Shown: positions 36,401 to 48,409 of the stretch, piece by piece
Layout of the letters: the number at the start of each line of letters is the position of its first letter
Numbering within the stretch: position 1 is the stretch's first letter
NCBI RefSeq assembly: GCF_040938485.1
Contig: NW_027271391.1
Location: 186,001 to 250,000, forward strand
From: Diadema antillarum
Lineage: Eukaryota
Length of the DNA: 64,000 nt
Reading direction: 5' to 3'
Notes under the pieces: generated by a model
The model's input: the letters and a program-made list of their open reading frames with translations, nothing else
Database searches by the model: none
Told to the model about the DNA's origin: nothing
Made by a program: the position numbers and the translations under genes

Positions 36401-39400
36401 TTTGGGGGCCCGCGTGAGGACATGTTACTTGTGGATCCTTTTGTGAGTGTGATTTGTGAGCTTTTCTTACACGGAACTGCCACATGCATCCCGTACTACT
36501 GTGCCGAAACAAGAAATAAGCATTATCTCTTTTTAGAAGGAAAGACAGTAATTTAAAACCTTGGAGATCATGTACAGCAAATTTGTCGTATAGGAAGCAA
36601 TATATTTGAGAGTTGTTAATTTTGCGATTACCAGTAAACTCGCAAAATCTGTTTGTCAGATATCATGTTTAAAAAGACTGAGAAGATTGACAGAAATCAT
36701 GACAATATGAATCATATGAAGCCATGGCTTTACATATTTCTGATCATGCACCACAATCTTCCCATAATATCCATGTGGTAGAAAAAAAGAAAAAGAAAAG
36801 AAAAGCTAAACAAACCTATACACCACTCACTTTGGCATACTTCATGAGCATGTTTTCCCTTGGGATCCTGACTTGTTCCAGAATGAGGAAACCGTTGTCG
36901 ATGGCAGCATAGGATGACTTCAGACCAATGTCTCCTATCGTCCTTCCTGTTATAATGTATACCAGGTGAACAGTACGAACATACGATTACATTGACTGGG
37001 AACAGTATAAATATATGATTATATTGACTGGGAAATACAAAAACAACAACAAAATCACTTAGATAACAGAATAGCTCTGTACATGTATTCATTATACTAG
37101 CGATTAGTGAAAGATGAACTAAAAGACAGTGATGTCTATTAATTACACCCTCTTTGGCATGAAATTGAGAATGATATGTATGAAATTTCAGACCAGACTG
37201 CCCATGGTCAAGCAAAAAAAAAAAAAAAAAAAAAAAGGATCAGTCCTATGGATGGCCATTTCTTATCTTTTATGTACTATCTACATTGAGAGTGAGACTG
37301 GATAAAACAATCATGACTGCCCTGTTTGGAGTCTAAGGTGCAAGTACTTTATTCTCCACTAGCTACAACACATATACACTGTACAACGATTGGTTACATA
37401 GTCAAAACCTTGGGTGGCATGAGGAGGGAATGTGGAATGGGGATGGAATGACCATATGGAGAATATTTATGTCGAGAGTAATGAATCATGGTGGTGGCTG
37501 GAGAAAGGAATGTCAGGATGACCGTGAGAAAGACAGGATAGAGTGACCAAAGCAGTGATGATGGAATGAAAACATGTGATGGTACAATAGTCTCATAGTT
37601 CAACGATATGTACAACATTTACAAACACAATATTATCCTAATGCATCCTCAGTGTCATAGGAAGTCAATTCAACAAACCACATGAATAATATATCATAGA
37701 AATAAATGCTAGCATACAGTCAAACCTGCCTTAGCGGCCACCTGTCTGTAGCGGCCACTGAAAAATCCCCCCCCCCCAGAGAAAAACCCTGTTAAAGACC
37801 CTGTGTATAGCGACCATCTGTCTAAGGCGGCCAGCGGCCACAAATTTTGTTTCCCGCGGTACATTTCAACCTGTCTATAGCGGCCAAAGAGCCGATAATT
37901 CAGCATGTTTTTTCTGCTTTGTAGCTGTGCCAGTCATTCATTAGGCAACGTTTAGTGATCGCCAGTATTATTCGCCATCGCTGCATTCATCACTCATTCA
38001 GTCATAATAATGCATCAGTGTTTAGCTTTCTTCACGACTGTACACATGCTGATGTGCATCAATTTCATAAACACCGGCACTGTTCAATGCATGAAACACA
38101 CGTGTGCATACGTACACACATACATGTATGTAAGTACTTATAGATGTATACAACGATGACACAGCATGTACAAGTAGGCAATGCACACAAAGTTGGATTA
38201 CCTGTCTATAACGGCCACCTGTCTATAGCGGCCACTTTTTTCATCTCCCTTGGGTGGCCACTACAGACATTTACAAACACAATATTATCCTAATGCATCC
38301 TCAGTGTCATAGGAAGTCAATTCAACAAACCACATGAATAATATATCATAGAAATAAATGCTAGCATACAGTCAAACCTGCCTTAGCGGCCACCTGTCTG
38401 TAGCGGCCACTGAAAAATCCCCCCCCCCCCCCCCAGAGAAAAACCCTGTTAAAGACCCTGTGTATGAATGCATGAAACACACGTGTGCATACGTACACAC
38501 ATACATGTATGTAAGTACTTATAGATGTATACAACGATGACACAGCATGTACAAGTAGGCAATGCACACAAAGTTGGATTACCTGTCTATAACGGCCACC
38601 TGTCTATAGCGGCCACTTTTTTCATCTCCCTTGGGTGGCCACTACAGACATTTACAAACACAATATTATCCTATGTAATGCATCCTCAGTGTCATAGGAA
38701 GTCAATTCAACAAACCACATGAATAATATATCATAGAAATAAATGCTAGCATACAGTCAAACCTGCCTTAGCGGCCACCTGTCTGTAGCGGCCACTGAAA
38801 AATCCCCCCCCCCCCCCCCCCCCCCCCGAGAAAAACCCTGTTAAAGACCCTGTGTATAGCGACGATCTGTCTAAAGCATGTTTTTTCTGCTTTGTAGCTG
38901 TGCCAGTCATTCATGGGCAACGTTTAGTGATCGCCAGTATTATTCGCCATCGCTGCATTCATCACTCATTCAGTCATAATAATGCATCAGTGTTTAGCTT
39001 TCTTCACGACTGTACACATGCTGATGTGCATCAATTTCATAAACACCGGCACTGTTCAATGCATGAAACACACGTGTGCATACGTACACACATACATGTA
39101 TGTAAGTACTTATAGATGTATACAACGATGACACAGCATGTACAAGTAGGCAATGCACACAAAGTTGGATTACCTGTCTATAACGGCCACCTGTCTATAG
39201 TGGCCACTTTTTTCATCTCCCTTGGGTGGCCACTACAGACAGGTTTGACTGTACTATATCACATACTACATATCTATGGCTATTTTATGGTATATGAAAC
39301 ATTTTATGGCATCATGTTAACTGAATGGTGTGGTATGAGAAAATGTCATTAACCTTTTTATTTTTCAAACGCCTTTTTTTACGCTACTATAAGAGAAAAC

Positions 39401-42400
39401 AAATGAAAGAAATTCAAGTACAGAGAACTTATGAGGAGGAGGAGGAGGAGGAGGAGGAGGAGGAGGAGGAGGAGGAGGAGGAGGAGTTGGAGGAGGAGGA
39501 AAAAGAAAAAGAATATTACAACTAATAATCACCTGGTAGTGGTTGATGTGTCTCCAAGCTTCTGAGCTGAAGAATGAAGGCGTGCACTCCATGACGTTTA
39601 CCTCGGACAATCAACTGAGCCAATATGATGCAGTGAGTGCATGTCTTACCCACTGCAGAGAAAACACAGAGTGTGCACGACAAGATCAAACAACGACAAC
39701 AATCAAGTAAAGTCATCTTTCAAAGAGATATTTGGAATTTTGTGGATGATTCAGAAATTATAATCCTAATCAATCTTATTATTGTAATTAGACATCTGTT
39801 AACATTGCTTAACACTACTCACCACATATCCTGAGTCACAAACCTTGATTTTTATGTGTATTATTTCGTTAATGATTGTTTTTCTGTATGTACATTTTGT
39901 TATGCTCACATGAAATCACATTGATTTCATTTTTCTTTCTTTTTATGAGATGTGGAAAATAAACTTGAAACTTGAAACTACTTGCTGTGGTTCTCTTACT
40001 TAGTTCTTCTTTGAACCAACATGATGCGGTCTCGGATCAACATGTACAGTTTGCTCTGTCTATACCAGATAATAACGATGTAATCCAGATTTAAATGAAT
40101 GACACTTACATGCCCCTGGCCACCATTTCATGGCAGTCTGAGTAGGGGAGTTCAGGACGAACTCCTGCGTCATCTCATCATAAGTTGCAGTTGTCTCCAG
40201 GCCGCTCAAATATGTGCCTGGTTCAAAGAATCACAAAAATAAAGAACTTCCTGTCACAAACGATTTAACAGCAGTTTCAAGAAAGATCTTCTCGTCATCA
40301 CTGTGTTGTTGTTGTTGTTGTTGTTCATTTTCCATCTGTGAAGATGGCTGGATAGCCCATATTCAGCTACACTAAGCTGGTCTTCCATGGGGTCCAGTTG
40401 GTTGTGGGGTGGGACCACTTCACCGGGTTATACACCCTGCTCTTTGCGATGAATGAATGAAGCGGGATCTTTTACGTGCATGAGCTGTGACTCTCTCATA
40501 CATGGGACCTCCATTTTATGTCCTATCCGAGGGACTGTGTCATGTGTAGTTGTAACTATTCTATTACACGATACATCTAATAAATGCTGATGCTCCTACT
40601 CATGCAACAACAATTGCTGAAAAAATGACAGAGTAGTCTAAAAGACAAAATCTTTTGTAACAGACTGACAGAAAGGTCAGACGACCAAACACACAGAGAT
40701 TTCTATATCCCTTACACACTCTGTGTGGACATGGTATAACAATAAGAAGAACAACAAACACATTCTAGCAGTGACATACCAGTACCTTCATAATCCTCCC
40801 CCCACCTCCACCCACACACTCAAACAATACACAGGCCTAACATAGTACACATTACTCCAATCAGGACAATGCTGATGTTGATCTTGCCAGTAAAAATGAC
40901 ATTTATCAAATTGTGCATAGACTCAACATAATGCACCTGTGCAAGGCACATATGAACTTTACATTTGTTTTCAAGTTTGCACCTACTGTTAATATGAAAC
41001 AAACAAACAAACATAACAAACAAGCAATCAAACACAGAAAACTGTACCATGTCCCAGTTCTGTTTGTGCATAAGTGCCCAGGATCTTGTACTGCCTGGCA
41101 AGTGGCAACCATTTGGCCTTCTGCTCCTCTGTCCCAAGTCGCTCAATTGAAGGTATGAACATCAGTGTGTGGATTGCAAATCCTATGTTGTTGTTCATGC
41201 ATCTGGGTGGATAGCAAAAAGGAGACTACAAGAGTTACATGTGTATTTATATGCATAAACAACCAAGAAATTATATGATATTATCATACTTTTGAGGATG
41301 ACACAAATGAAAACATTTGCAATGTGTAGATTAACAACCTCATTAACAATTTGTGGATTGTGCTGCATCTACAGGCATGTGAATAAGAAATAAGCAACTA
41401 CTTGCCTTGATGGTACAAACTATTTTTGGAGGATTAATTATTAGAGAATTAAGGCAGTAGAAATACTTGCTTGGGGCATACCAGGATATACCTGAGCCTC
41501 TCTGTGCTCTCTAAAACTAGAGTCTTGTAAGTTGGGAATTAAGACACAGAATGACAAATCAGTAGTATTCACTCATATTCATTTTCACCAACTGTATGCA
41601 AGGATATCTGGTTCTAAACAGGCATGTTTTATCTCAAGTCTTCTCAATTACCTACGTCTGACAACTGCTGTGGTACTGGCAACAGTAGGTCTCTTAAACA
41701 AGAATAACATCATCATCTTGATTTTGATCATCATTATCAAAAACAGCTTTAACATCATCCAGTCATCATCATCACCATCACCATCATCTTCATTGTTATC
41801 ATCATCACCATCATCTTCATCATCACTGTGTCCCTCAAATCACAAGCACAATCATTACCATCACAGTCATCATACCCACCACCGTCACGTTGAAGCAGCA
41901 CCATCACCATCTCAATTTCAAAACGCTCTTTATCATCTAGTCATTTCTTCATTCTGATTTATCTACAAAATCAATACACTGTACAAAATCTATTGACTGT
42001 TCCAAAGATATCTACATTATGTGTTAATCACCAAGTCCCTCTCACCTTAATATGATCATGTCATCCCTAGGTTGAGTGAGGTTATACTTCTCCTTGACAG
42101 CGACCCAGCGTACAGCTCGCTTCACGGACTGATCAAAAGTCTCTGCCGGACTGAGGGTGAACCGGTAGCTCTGGTCAAAGTGGGGGTCACTGAGAACAAT
42201 GGACTCTGGTAGAGAATCATATCAGACAGGAGTAACAGAGCACAATCATTTAAATATGAGTGGTAACCACCACCCCCCACCACCAAAAGAAAAAAAAATG
42301 AGTAATTTGTATCATATAGGCACCTTATAAATCTAACTGACTCCTTCCCCCTTCTTTTTAAAGAAGAAATAAAAGAATATGTGGATGTGTTGTGGCTGAG

Positions 42401-45187
42401 TGGATAAGAGCGCACATTTCTGAATCATAGTGTGGTTTGGGTTTGTGTGTTCGAGCCCCACGAAGCCTTACACGTTTGCCCTTCAGCAAGGCACTTTATC
42501 CACATTGCTGCTCTCTGCCAAGGAGGATAAATGGGTACCTGGTAAGATGGGAATGTTTATGGTGGTTGATCAGCATGTGCCTACCAGTAAAATGGTGACT
42601 GGCTGGAATGCTCCCCAGGGAGTGGAGAGTAAGCACTGTCACTAATGCTGGCGGGAAATATAATGTATCAAGAGATCAGAGTAATGATAGTATGCATGCG
42701 CTTTGAGCGTGCTCTCACAGAGGGGATTTGGCACACCTTGAATTCATGCTATTATCTAGTATTATCATATGTTACAAATATCACCCTAGATCACCCCCAC
42801 CCCCCCCCCCCCAAAAAAAAAAGGGGAAAAAAAAGAAAAAAAATGAAACTGCACATAACAGCCGTAACAATTTGTTGGCATTTTGGCATTTTTTGGCAAG
42901 TGAAGAAATATACAAATAATCTATACTGAAATTTAGATTTTAAAAAAGTAAACAACCAACCAAATGGCAATAGAGTGCAGAAAATTGAAAGAAAATGAGA
43001 TTCTGCAGATTTGTATGCAAAATATTTTGATTGTAAACTGCCTCATATAAACAATTTATTTGATATACTTAACTGTATGAATGCAGTAAAATCCCTCGCT
43101 ATAAGGTGAGTATTTTGGTAACCAGTACCGGTACCTTTGACCGTAATGCAGATTAATAAACAAGAATGCACAACGACACTGCACAAGTACTGTATTGATA
43201 TTGGCCTGATAGCAGGATCCAAAGCAAACAATCTTGAAAATACAGTCTGCATGAATATGCACAGTGAGAGGTCAGAGGTGTTATCAATGCATTGGTATCA
43301 AAGTGCATCAGTCATTTACTGTGCTCAATCTCCTTGACATTGCCATGATTTAAAATGGCCGTCATCTGAGAACAAAGCAGTATTTTGTAAGTCTCTTGAA
43401 TTTAATATGACTTGGTAAAGCCAGGGTGGGAGTCAACTTCAGATAATTTTGACTTTGAAGCTATTTAGTACTGTATTCAGAGGGATATCAAAACATTCCT
43501 GCATGATGGTAAGGTACCGGTATTTACAATATTTTAGTCAGGTTGATGCTATGCCACAATACAGAACATACTGCTGGTAGGTGTTCCTTTTTTGGATAAA
43601 GGCAGCTTTGCTGATAAGCCAACAAATCTAGAAGAATGCCTTGTTAAATCAGATATGAATCTGTCAATTAACATACACTTTCATTTCAAACATATTACAC
43701 AAAGTAGTTGACGGAAAGATCGGTCTATATCTGGTCGTCGGGGATATGTTCTGCGGAGACGAGTCTGGCTTCACGGATCCCCTCAGAGGAGAGCAATAAC
43801 GTAAAAAAAAAAAAAAGACTTGACTCCGGACAGACGGATCTTTCTGTCTAACAAAGTAGTAGCTTGTGGGATGCATAGATTCTATCGTAAGCTTGAGCAT
43901 TCTCAGGGTACACATGTAGTACCACATACCAAGCAATGTCCAATGAGTCTGTAATTTTGAACTCAAATCTGGATCACATTCACAGTCGAATGGAATGGTA
44001 GGGGGCCCAAACTCACTGTGTTGTGGGCCCGACTGTATAGACATACACTTATGGGGAAATTCTGAACAAGTCCCCTGCCCTGCCCTGGTCACTGATTTCA
44101 TCAACCATATAAGAAAAGTATTGTAAAATTTAATGTAAATTATACTGTAAACTTTTGATAAAACTGAGTGAAAGTTTTAATTCACTTAAAGGACAAGTTC
44201 ACCTTCATAAACATAAGGATTGAGAGAATGTGGCAATATTAGTAGAACACATCATTGAAAGTTTGAGGAAAATCAGACAATCCGTTCAAAAGTTATGAAT
44301 TTTTGTAGTTTTTGTGCAGTACCCGCTGGATGAGAAGACTACTGCAGTGTATGAATAACTTAGATGTCACATGCGTACAACAATATAAGGAAAATATAAA
44401 GAGAATTTCACAAAATTCCATCTTTTGAAAAAAGTACACATTCCCCTGACTCGTTACCGACAAATGTTATGGATAATATTATTCCCCCTGCCTTTAGAAA
44501 GAGGCAAGTCAAGTGCTCTATTATTATGCGAAAAAAGTGAAAATATGTTGAATTTTCTTTTACATTTTCTTTATACTGTTGTACGCATATGACTCACAAG
44601 CTGTAGTAGTCTCCTCATCCAGCGGTTCCAACACAAAAATTTAAAAAATTCATAACTTTTGCATCGATTGTCCAATTTTCCTCAAACTTTCACTGATGTG
44701 TTCTACTAATATTGTTGCATTTTCTCAATCCTTATGTTTATGAAGGTGAACTTGTCCTTTAACTAATGCCATGGTTTGATAGATCACGAGATCAGATGCA
44801 CATAATAATTTGTATTTTTGGAGGTCAGCTGATTAAGCCCAGAAGTTCGACGTGGCGCCAGAAATAAAGTGCCCCCCCCCCCCCCCCCCCCCTGCTTAAT
44901 TAGATGTATTAAGCACAGCTTGCTGAGGAGGCTACCCACCACCACCACTGCACTGGGGACCTCGCCTGATCTGACTGATCACCTCCGGTGCTCTTCTACA
45001 AAGTACAGCCTACAGCCCAGGCATACAGGGTATAACACTACAGTTTCAACTCACGAATGTATTTGATTCTCTGCAGTTCCTGGGGACCACCGTTCAGCAA
45101 CAGAGTCAGCTCATGTTTGTCAAATGACGCCCCTCGCCTTTCTTGCGTTAGCCGAGGATTTTCACGTGCTGTCATTGAGTCAGACAT
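27345..45187 (-). CDS. ACOX1: Peroxisomal acyl-CoA oxidase 1-like, complete 15-exon gene (1992 nt CDS, 663 aa)
   Basis: Hand-spliced join, all GT-AG and in frame: 45055-45187, 42046-42205, 41048-41202, 40110-40217, 39533-39652, 36831-36946, 35606-35775, 34850-35012, 32790-32980, 32152-32304, 31106-31211, 30608-30754, 29610-29680, 28343-28478, 27345-27407. Motifs: [30 protein letters not shown], catalytic YEGEN, C-terminal AKL. Exon sizes 160/108/120/116/170/163/191/106 match the human ACOX1 sizes as I recall them. Confidence 0.95.
28172..28318. mobile_element. Tigger/pogo-like MITE in ACOX1 intron 14
   Basis: TA|CAGTGCACTCCCGTTATA...TATAACGGGAGTCCACTG|TA. Confidence 0.8.
28343..28478 (-). 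CDS. ACOX1: ACOX1 exon 14 (3' part of human exon 13)
   Basis: ttccctcag|(R)[45 protein letters not shown]|gtgagt, 136 nt. Confidence 0.92.
29610..29680 (-). CDS. ACOX1: ACOX1 exon 13 (5' part of human exon 13)
   Basis: ttttatag|[23 protein letters not shown](R)|gtgagt, 71 nt. 71+136 nt equals the 207-nt human exon as I recall it. Confidence 0.88.
30053..30434. mobile_element. Kolobok-like MITE (family K3) in ACOX1 intron 12
   Basis: TTAA TSDs; ~25-bp TIR AGGGATCGTATAGTTTTGGTTGAGA / TCTCCACCAATACTGTACCATCCCT. Confidence 0.8.
30608..30754 (-). CDS. ACOX1: ACOX1 exon 12
   Basis: [49 protein letters not shown], 147 nt. Confidence 0.95.
31106..31211 (-). CDS. ACOX1: ACOX1 exon 11
   Basis: [35 protein letters not shown], 106 nt. 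Confidence 0.93.
32152..32304 (-). CDS. ACOX1: ACOX1 exon 10
   Basis: [51 protein letters not shown], 153 nt. Confidence 0.93.
32374..32760. other. Assembly gap (N), within ACOX1 intron 9
   Basis: N run; flanking exons join in frame without needing a hidden exon. Confidence 1.
32790..32980 (-). CDS. ACOX1: ACOX1 exon 9 (catalytic Glu)
   Basis: [63 protein letters not shown], 191 nt. Confidence 0.95.
33261..33594. mobile_element. 334-bp insert: 12-bp TSD, perfect 48-bp inverted repeat, internal tRNA-like segment
   Basis: TATCTCAAAGCT at 33249-33260 and 33595-33606; IR 33261-33308 / 33511-33558; B-box-like GGTTTGAGTCCC on the minus strand at 33366-33377. Confidence 0.75.
34436..34642 (-). 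mobile_element. MITE family A, diverged copy in ACOX1 intron 8
   Basis: Reverse-complement similarity to 6608-6814. Confidence 0.8.
34850..35012 (-). CDS. ACOX1: ACOX1 exon 8
   Basis: [54 protein letters not shown], 163 nt. Confidence 0.95.
35606..35775 (-). CDS. ACOX1: ACOX1 exon 7
   Basis: [56 protein letters not shown], 170 nt. Confidence 0.95.
36015..36181. mobile_element. Foldback MITE in ACOX1 intron 6
   Basis: Arms ACAAATGATGCACAGG..GTGGATCGGTGAGAATTGGATG and their reverse complement. Confidence 0.72.
36831..36946 (-). CDS. ACOX1: ACOX1 exon 6
   Basis: [38 protein letters not shown], 116 nt. Confidence 0.95.
37615..39251 (+). repeat. Tandem triplication (652/381/604 bp) of a Tigger-like MITE plus ~100 bp of flank, ACOX1 intron 5
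   Basis: Units start at 37615, 38267 and 38648. MITE TA|CAGTCAAACCTG starts 37717; only the last unit has the closing CAGGTTTGACTG|TA. Confidence 0.9.
39433..39500. repeat. (GAG)n microsatellite
   Basis: Intronic, ~30 nt beyond the ACOX1 exon 5 donor. Confidence 0.95.
39533..39652 (-). CDS. ACOX1: ACOX1 exon 5
   Basis: [41 protein letters not shown], 120 nt. Confidence 0.95.
40110..40217 (-). CDS. ACOX1: ACOX1 exon 4
   Basis: [35 protein letters not shown], 108 nt. Confidence 0.95.
40303..40530 (-). mobile_element. 5'-truncated SINE/LINE 3' end with (AAC)n tail
   Basis: (GTT)n at ~40304-40326 abutting a GC-balanced repeat-like body. Confidence 0.5.
41048..41202 (-). CDS. ACOX1: ACOX1 exon 3
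   Basis: [52 protein letters not shown], 155 nt. Confidence 0.95.
42046..42205 (-). CDS. ACOX1: ACOX1 exon 2
   Basis: (Q)[53 protein letters not shown], 160 nt. Confidence 0.92.
42383..42770 (+). mobile_element. tRNA-derived SINE in ACOX1 intron 1
   Basis: A-box TGGCTGAGTGG 42393-42403, B-box GTTCGAGCC 42449-42457, CORE-like CCTTCAGCAAGGCACTTTATCCACATTGC...AAATGGGTACC, TATTA-type tail. Confidence 0.8.
44190..44758. mobile_element. Kolobok-like non-autonomous element (family K1) in ACOX1 intron 1
   Basis: TTAA TSD (44186-44189, 44759-44762); near-identical to 1038-1594. Confidence 0.88.
45055..45187 (-). CDS. ACOX1: ACOX1 exon 1
   Basis: [44 protein letters not shown], donor C|gtgagt; alternative ATG at 45175. 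Confidence 0.9.
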
Positions 45188-45694
45188 CGTCGAATACTGC
45201 TTTTTTGCAACTCGGAATTCGCTCTAGAAACGTTCAGTTCAGTGGACTCCTCGACATCTCAGCTTGCTCTGTGCCTTGCGTGACAGTCAGCGCGGGCGCG
45301 GCGGTGGCACGACGTGCACAGCCACACATCACCCATGCTGATTGATTGAGCAACAGCTGATAACTGCCTATGGAATGCCAAGAGGGAGATTGACAACAAT
45401 GTCAATGTTATATTTTATATGTTACCAACAAAAGCTTTCCCCTGGCCCTGCAGACACTCAATTGCTTACATGCACCTAAGAACACACCCCGGTCAAGTTA
45501 TTGATACTCAGTATACTGGAGTTTTCTTTCTTTCTTTCTTTCTTTCTTTTTTTTTTTTTTGGTCTGCTTACCATTGTGACAGAAGAGTGTCAAACTACAT
45601 CGTAGTAGAGCCTACATGTATGCAAATACCAAATACGTACGTATTGCAAACATTGCAGAGGATGCATACATGGAGCTCCGCAGCTCCATGGTAC

Positions 45695-46031
45695 CAGAGA
45701 TGCTAAGTTCAAAAAACTTTTATGAGTGAGATTTTTATGACTCGGCGTCTCGGCGTTCGCGCGCATGCGCACGCGAACGAGGAGGGTGTCCCCCTCCCAT
45801 GGTCATTAAATTATTATTACCTCCGATCTGGTGAGCAATTTTGAAAGGCAAAAGGGAAATATACCTTCAATTGCAACTATCACTTTAATCCTTTGAGCTA
45901 TGCTCCTTATTTTTGGCCCAAATTGCAGACTTCACCAGATGCGTGAGAAAAATGGGTGCCATGCGTGAGATCGTGAGACAGACCCTAAATGCTTGAGTCT
46001 CACGCAGAATGCGTGAGACTTGGTAGCTCTG
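45695..46031. mobile_element. Non-autonomous TIR element (hAT-like, CAGAG termini), 6-bp TSD, upstream of ACOX1
   Basis: Imperfect TIR CAGAGATGCTAAGTT / GACTTGGTAGCTCTG; TSD TGGTAC at 45689-45694 and 46032-46037. Confidence 0.7.
45760..45771. promoter_or_regulatory. NRF1/P3A2 consensus site CGCGCATGCGCA upstream of ACOX1
   Basis: Matches YGCGCATGCGCR, ~575 bp upstream of the ATG, inside the 45695-46031 element. Confidence 0.45.
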
Positions 46032-46488
46032 TGGTACATGCAATGTGCATAATATGATTATGAACTAATATCTGTTGCAGAAATCAGAAAAACATATTTG
46101 TGGTCAATGACCTTGTGGTAATTATTAATCTTTCAGGACCACAAGCAGCACAGTCAGTGAAGGTATTAACGTCTCTCTCTCTCTCTCTATCCCCTCCCCC
46201 CTCTTTCTCTCTCTCTCTTTCCCCTCTCCCTCGCCCACACACAAACACACCTTTTACTCAGTTTATGTCTATTTGTCACGTACCATACAGTGTGTTGAAT
46301 GTAGTGAATGTAATATATTTTATAATGAATAATGTTGTAATTAAATGATGTCAATTGTTATTTTGTAAATAGTGATGAATGATTTGAAAATTGTAAATAC
46401 TTTCTTCTTTAATCAACTATGTACATGTATTGTGTGAACAAATATTGCAATTCAGCCTTTTGGCTGTGAGAACATTTCATCTCATAAA

Positions 46489-46533
46489 CCATACCATACC
46501 ATACCATACCATACCATACCATACCATACCATA
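46489..46533. repeat. (CCATA)9 microsatellite
   Basis: Direct reading. Confidence 0.95.
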
Positions 46534-48049
46534 CACCAGAGACGCTGTGGTCACAAAATATTTATCATGAGAAAGACATTTGTAGCATATTAAAAATCTT
46601 GAGATTTGGGGCATCTGATATTTCGGCTTGTTCTGATGTCATAACCATATTGTCAAAAATGTGACTTATTTTAGGTGGTTGGAAATCTACCGTTTTGTTG
46701 TTGTTGTTGTTTCTCAGTTATGGGATTTTTGAGGTGTGAAAAAATAGCTGACACACAAATAGAACTCACAATTTCATGTTAATTTGTAGGGCCTATTCAC
46801 TATTGTAAATAATGTATGTTCATATTTATAGGGCCTATACTAATTCATTGTCAATATATTTTCATTGAGACTCACACTCCTGATTGGGGGTCCATAGAGT
46901 TTAATAAAATCTTACAAATCTTTACAAATCTTACACACTCCCACATCTTTTTATATACCGTATCTGTCTGTCTATAATACAAATATTTATACAAACATCA
47001 CACACATAATCATACAAGTACATGTGTATGTATACATGTACATCACTACCTGTCTTACAAAGAAAACATAGCATCTAGCTCACAAACTGTGTTAAAATCA
47101 GTCTACACTAACACTAACAATACACAAACACTGACACACTATCCAAACTACAGTGTATAGTCCTGCTGCCTCTTGTCTATGTACTGGTGTAATCATCCAG
47201 AGAAACCATACACACAAAAAGCAGAACTCTTGGTGGAGCTTGTTTTATAAAACAAGTGTTATCATTTATTAAGTACAGTACAAGAACCACATTCCCAACA
47301 AAAGAATGCTTATTCAGCAAAGAAGAAGGGAACAGGTGGGCCTATAGGTGGGGAAAATATTCTGGATGGAATACAAAAAAAGAAAAAGAAAATGAAAGGC
47401 AAACATGCAGTCAAATATCCTTTGATGAGGCTAAAATTTGTAAATGCTCACTGGAAAGGGCATGTTCAATACAAGTCTTTAGCATATACTGTCTGCTGCA
47501 ATACCAGAGAAATTATATCGAAGTAAAAAAAAAAAAAGAACAAAAATCACTTTTCTATTCTTGCCTATATGCAGTCTGCAAGTTTTCAAATCTTTTAAAA
47601 GCTTTCTTTTTGTTTTAAAACCAAAATATCTGACAAAGGGCGGAATCCATATTTCTGTTTCCGTTTCACCAGTTTCATCATGACTGCATAAAGCGTAAGT
47701 TTTTAGGGTCAGGTTTGAGAAATAACCACAAAAAGTTAAACACAAATGCATCTTTGACATATGCATCAGAAACAAACATACACCAACTTATTGCAGCAGT
47801 CCCATGCGCTCACAAATATGTCTACCTTTCAGGCATATCATAGTCTTTATTGTGATTCTCACATTCTTGTCAACATGATTATGAATGTAATACAGGAAAT
47901 ACATACATGTATTCCATCATTATGAAACAAAGAGACAAAAAAATACACTTTCATGCTTTCTTCAGCTAAGACTTTCACTTGGATGTTCACTTATATTGAC
48001 CTCCATGAATTTCTGCAATATCTACTAAAGAGCAAGTGGATTCAGAATA

Positions 48050-48409
48050 CTGTAAAAGTGGACATTTTTGTGCGAGTATTTTTTCTCGCTGGGCAGGGTA
48101 CGATGAATTTCACTAATGTCTATACCAATTGAGCAAGCACATTAAACAGCTCATTACTGCCATGGCAGTTTATTGCTTTGGCAGCATATACTGTAGTAGA
48201 AGGTCATTGGTCTGCATTATGGCTTAGCTACAAACAATATAAATATGAATTAAATGTACAAAAGGCCTACCTTCACATCAAAGATATAGAATAACATTAC
48301 ATATAGCATGCACAAAAACTTGTGCCCTTTTGTTTTTTGCCGCAGCTTGCATGTTGTGCAAAATTGCACACCAAAAATTCCACCCCATAGAAAATTTCCA
48401 CTTTTACAG
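48050..48409. mobile_element. Related TA-MITE (CTGTAAAAGTGGA..TCCACTTTTACAG)
   Basis: 13-bp TIR with TA on the left flank. Confidence 0.65.

Noticed and set aside
40218-42045. Second, mutually exclusive ACOX1 exon 3 (vertebrate 3I/3II)
   Set aside because: Only one exon with the YAQTELGHG motif (41048-41202) was found in either flanking intron.
42383-42470. Functional tRNA gene
   Set aside because: A and B boxes are present, but there is no cloverleaf and it continues into a SINE body; no genuine tRNA, rRNA or CRISPR array was seen in the window.
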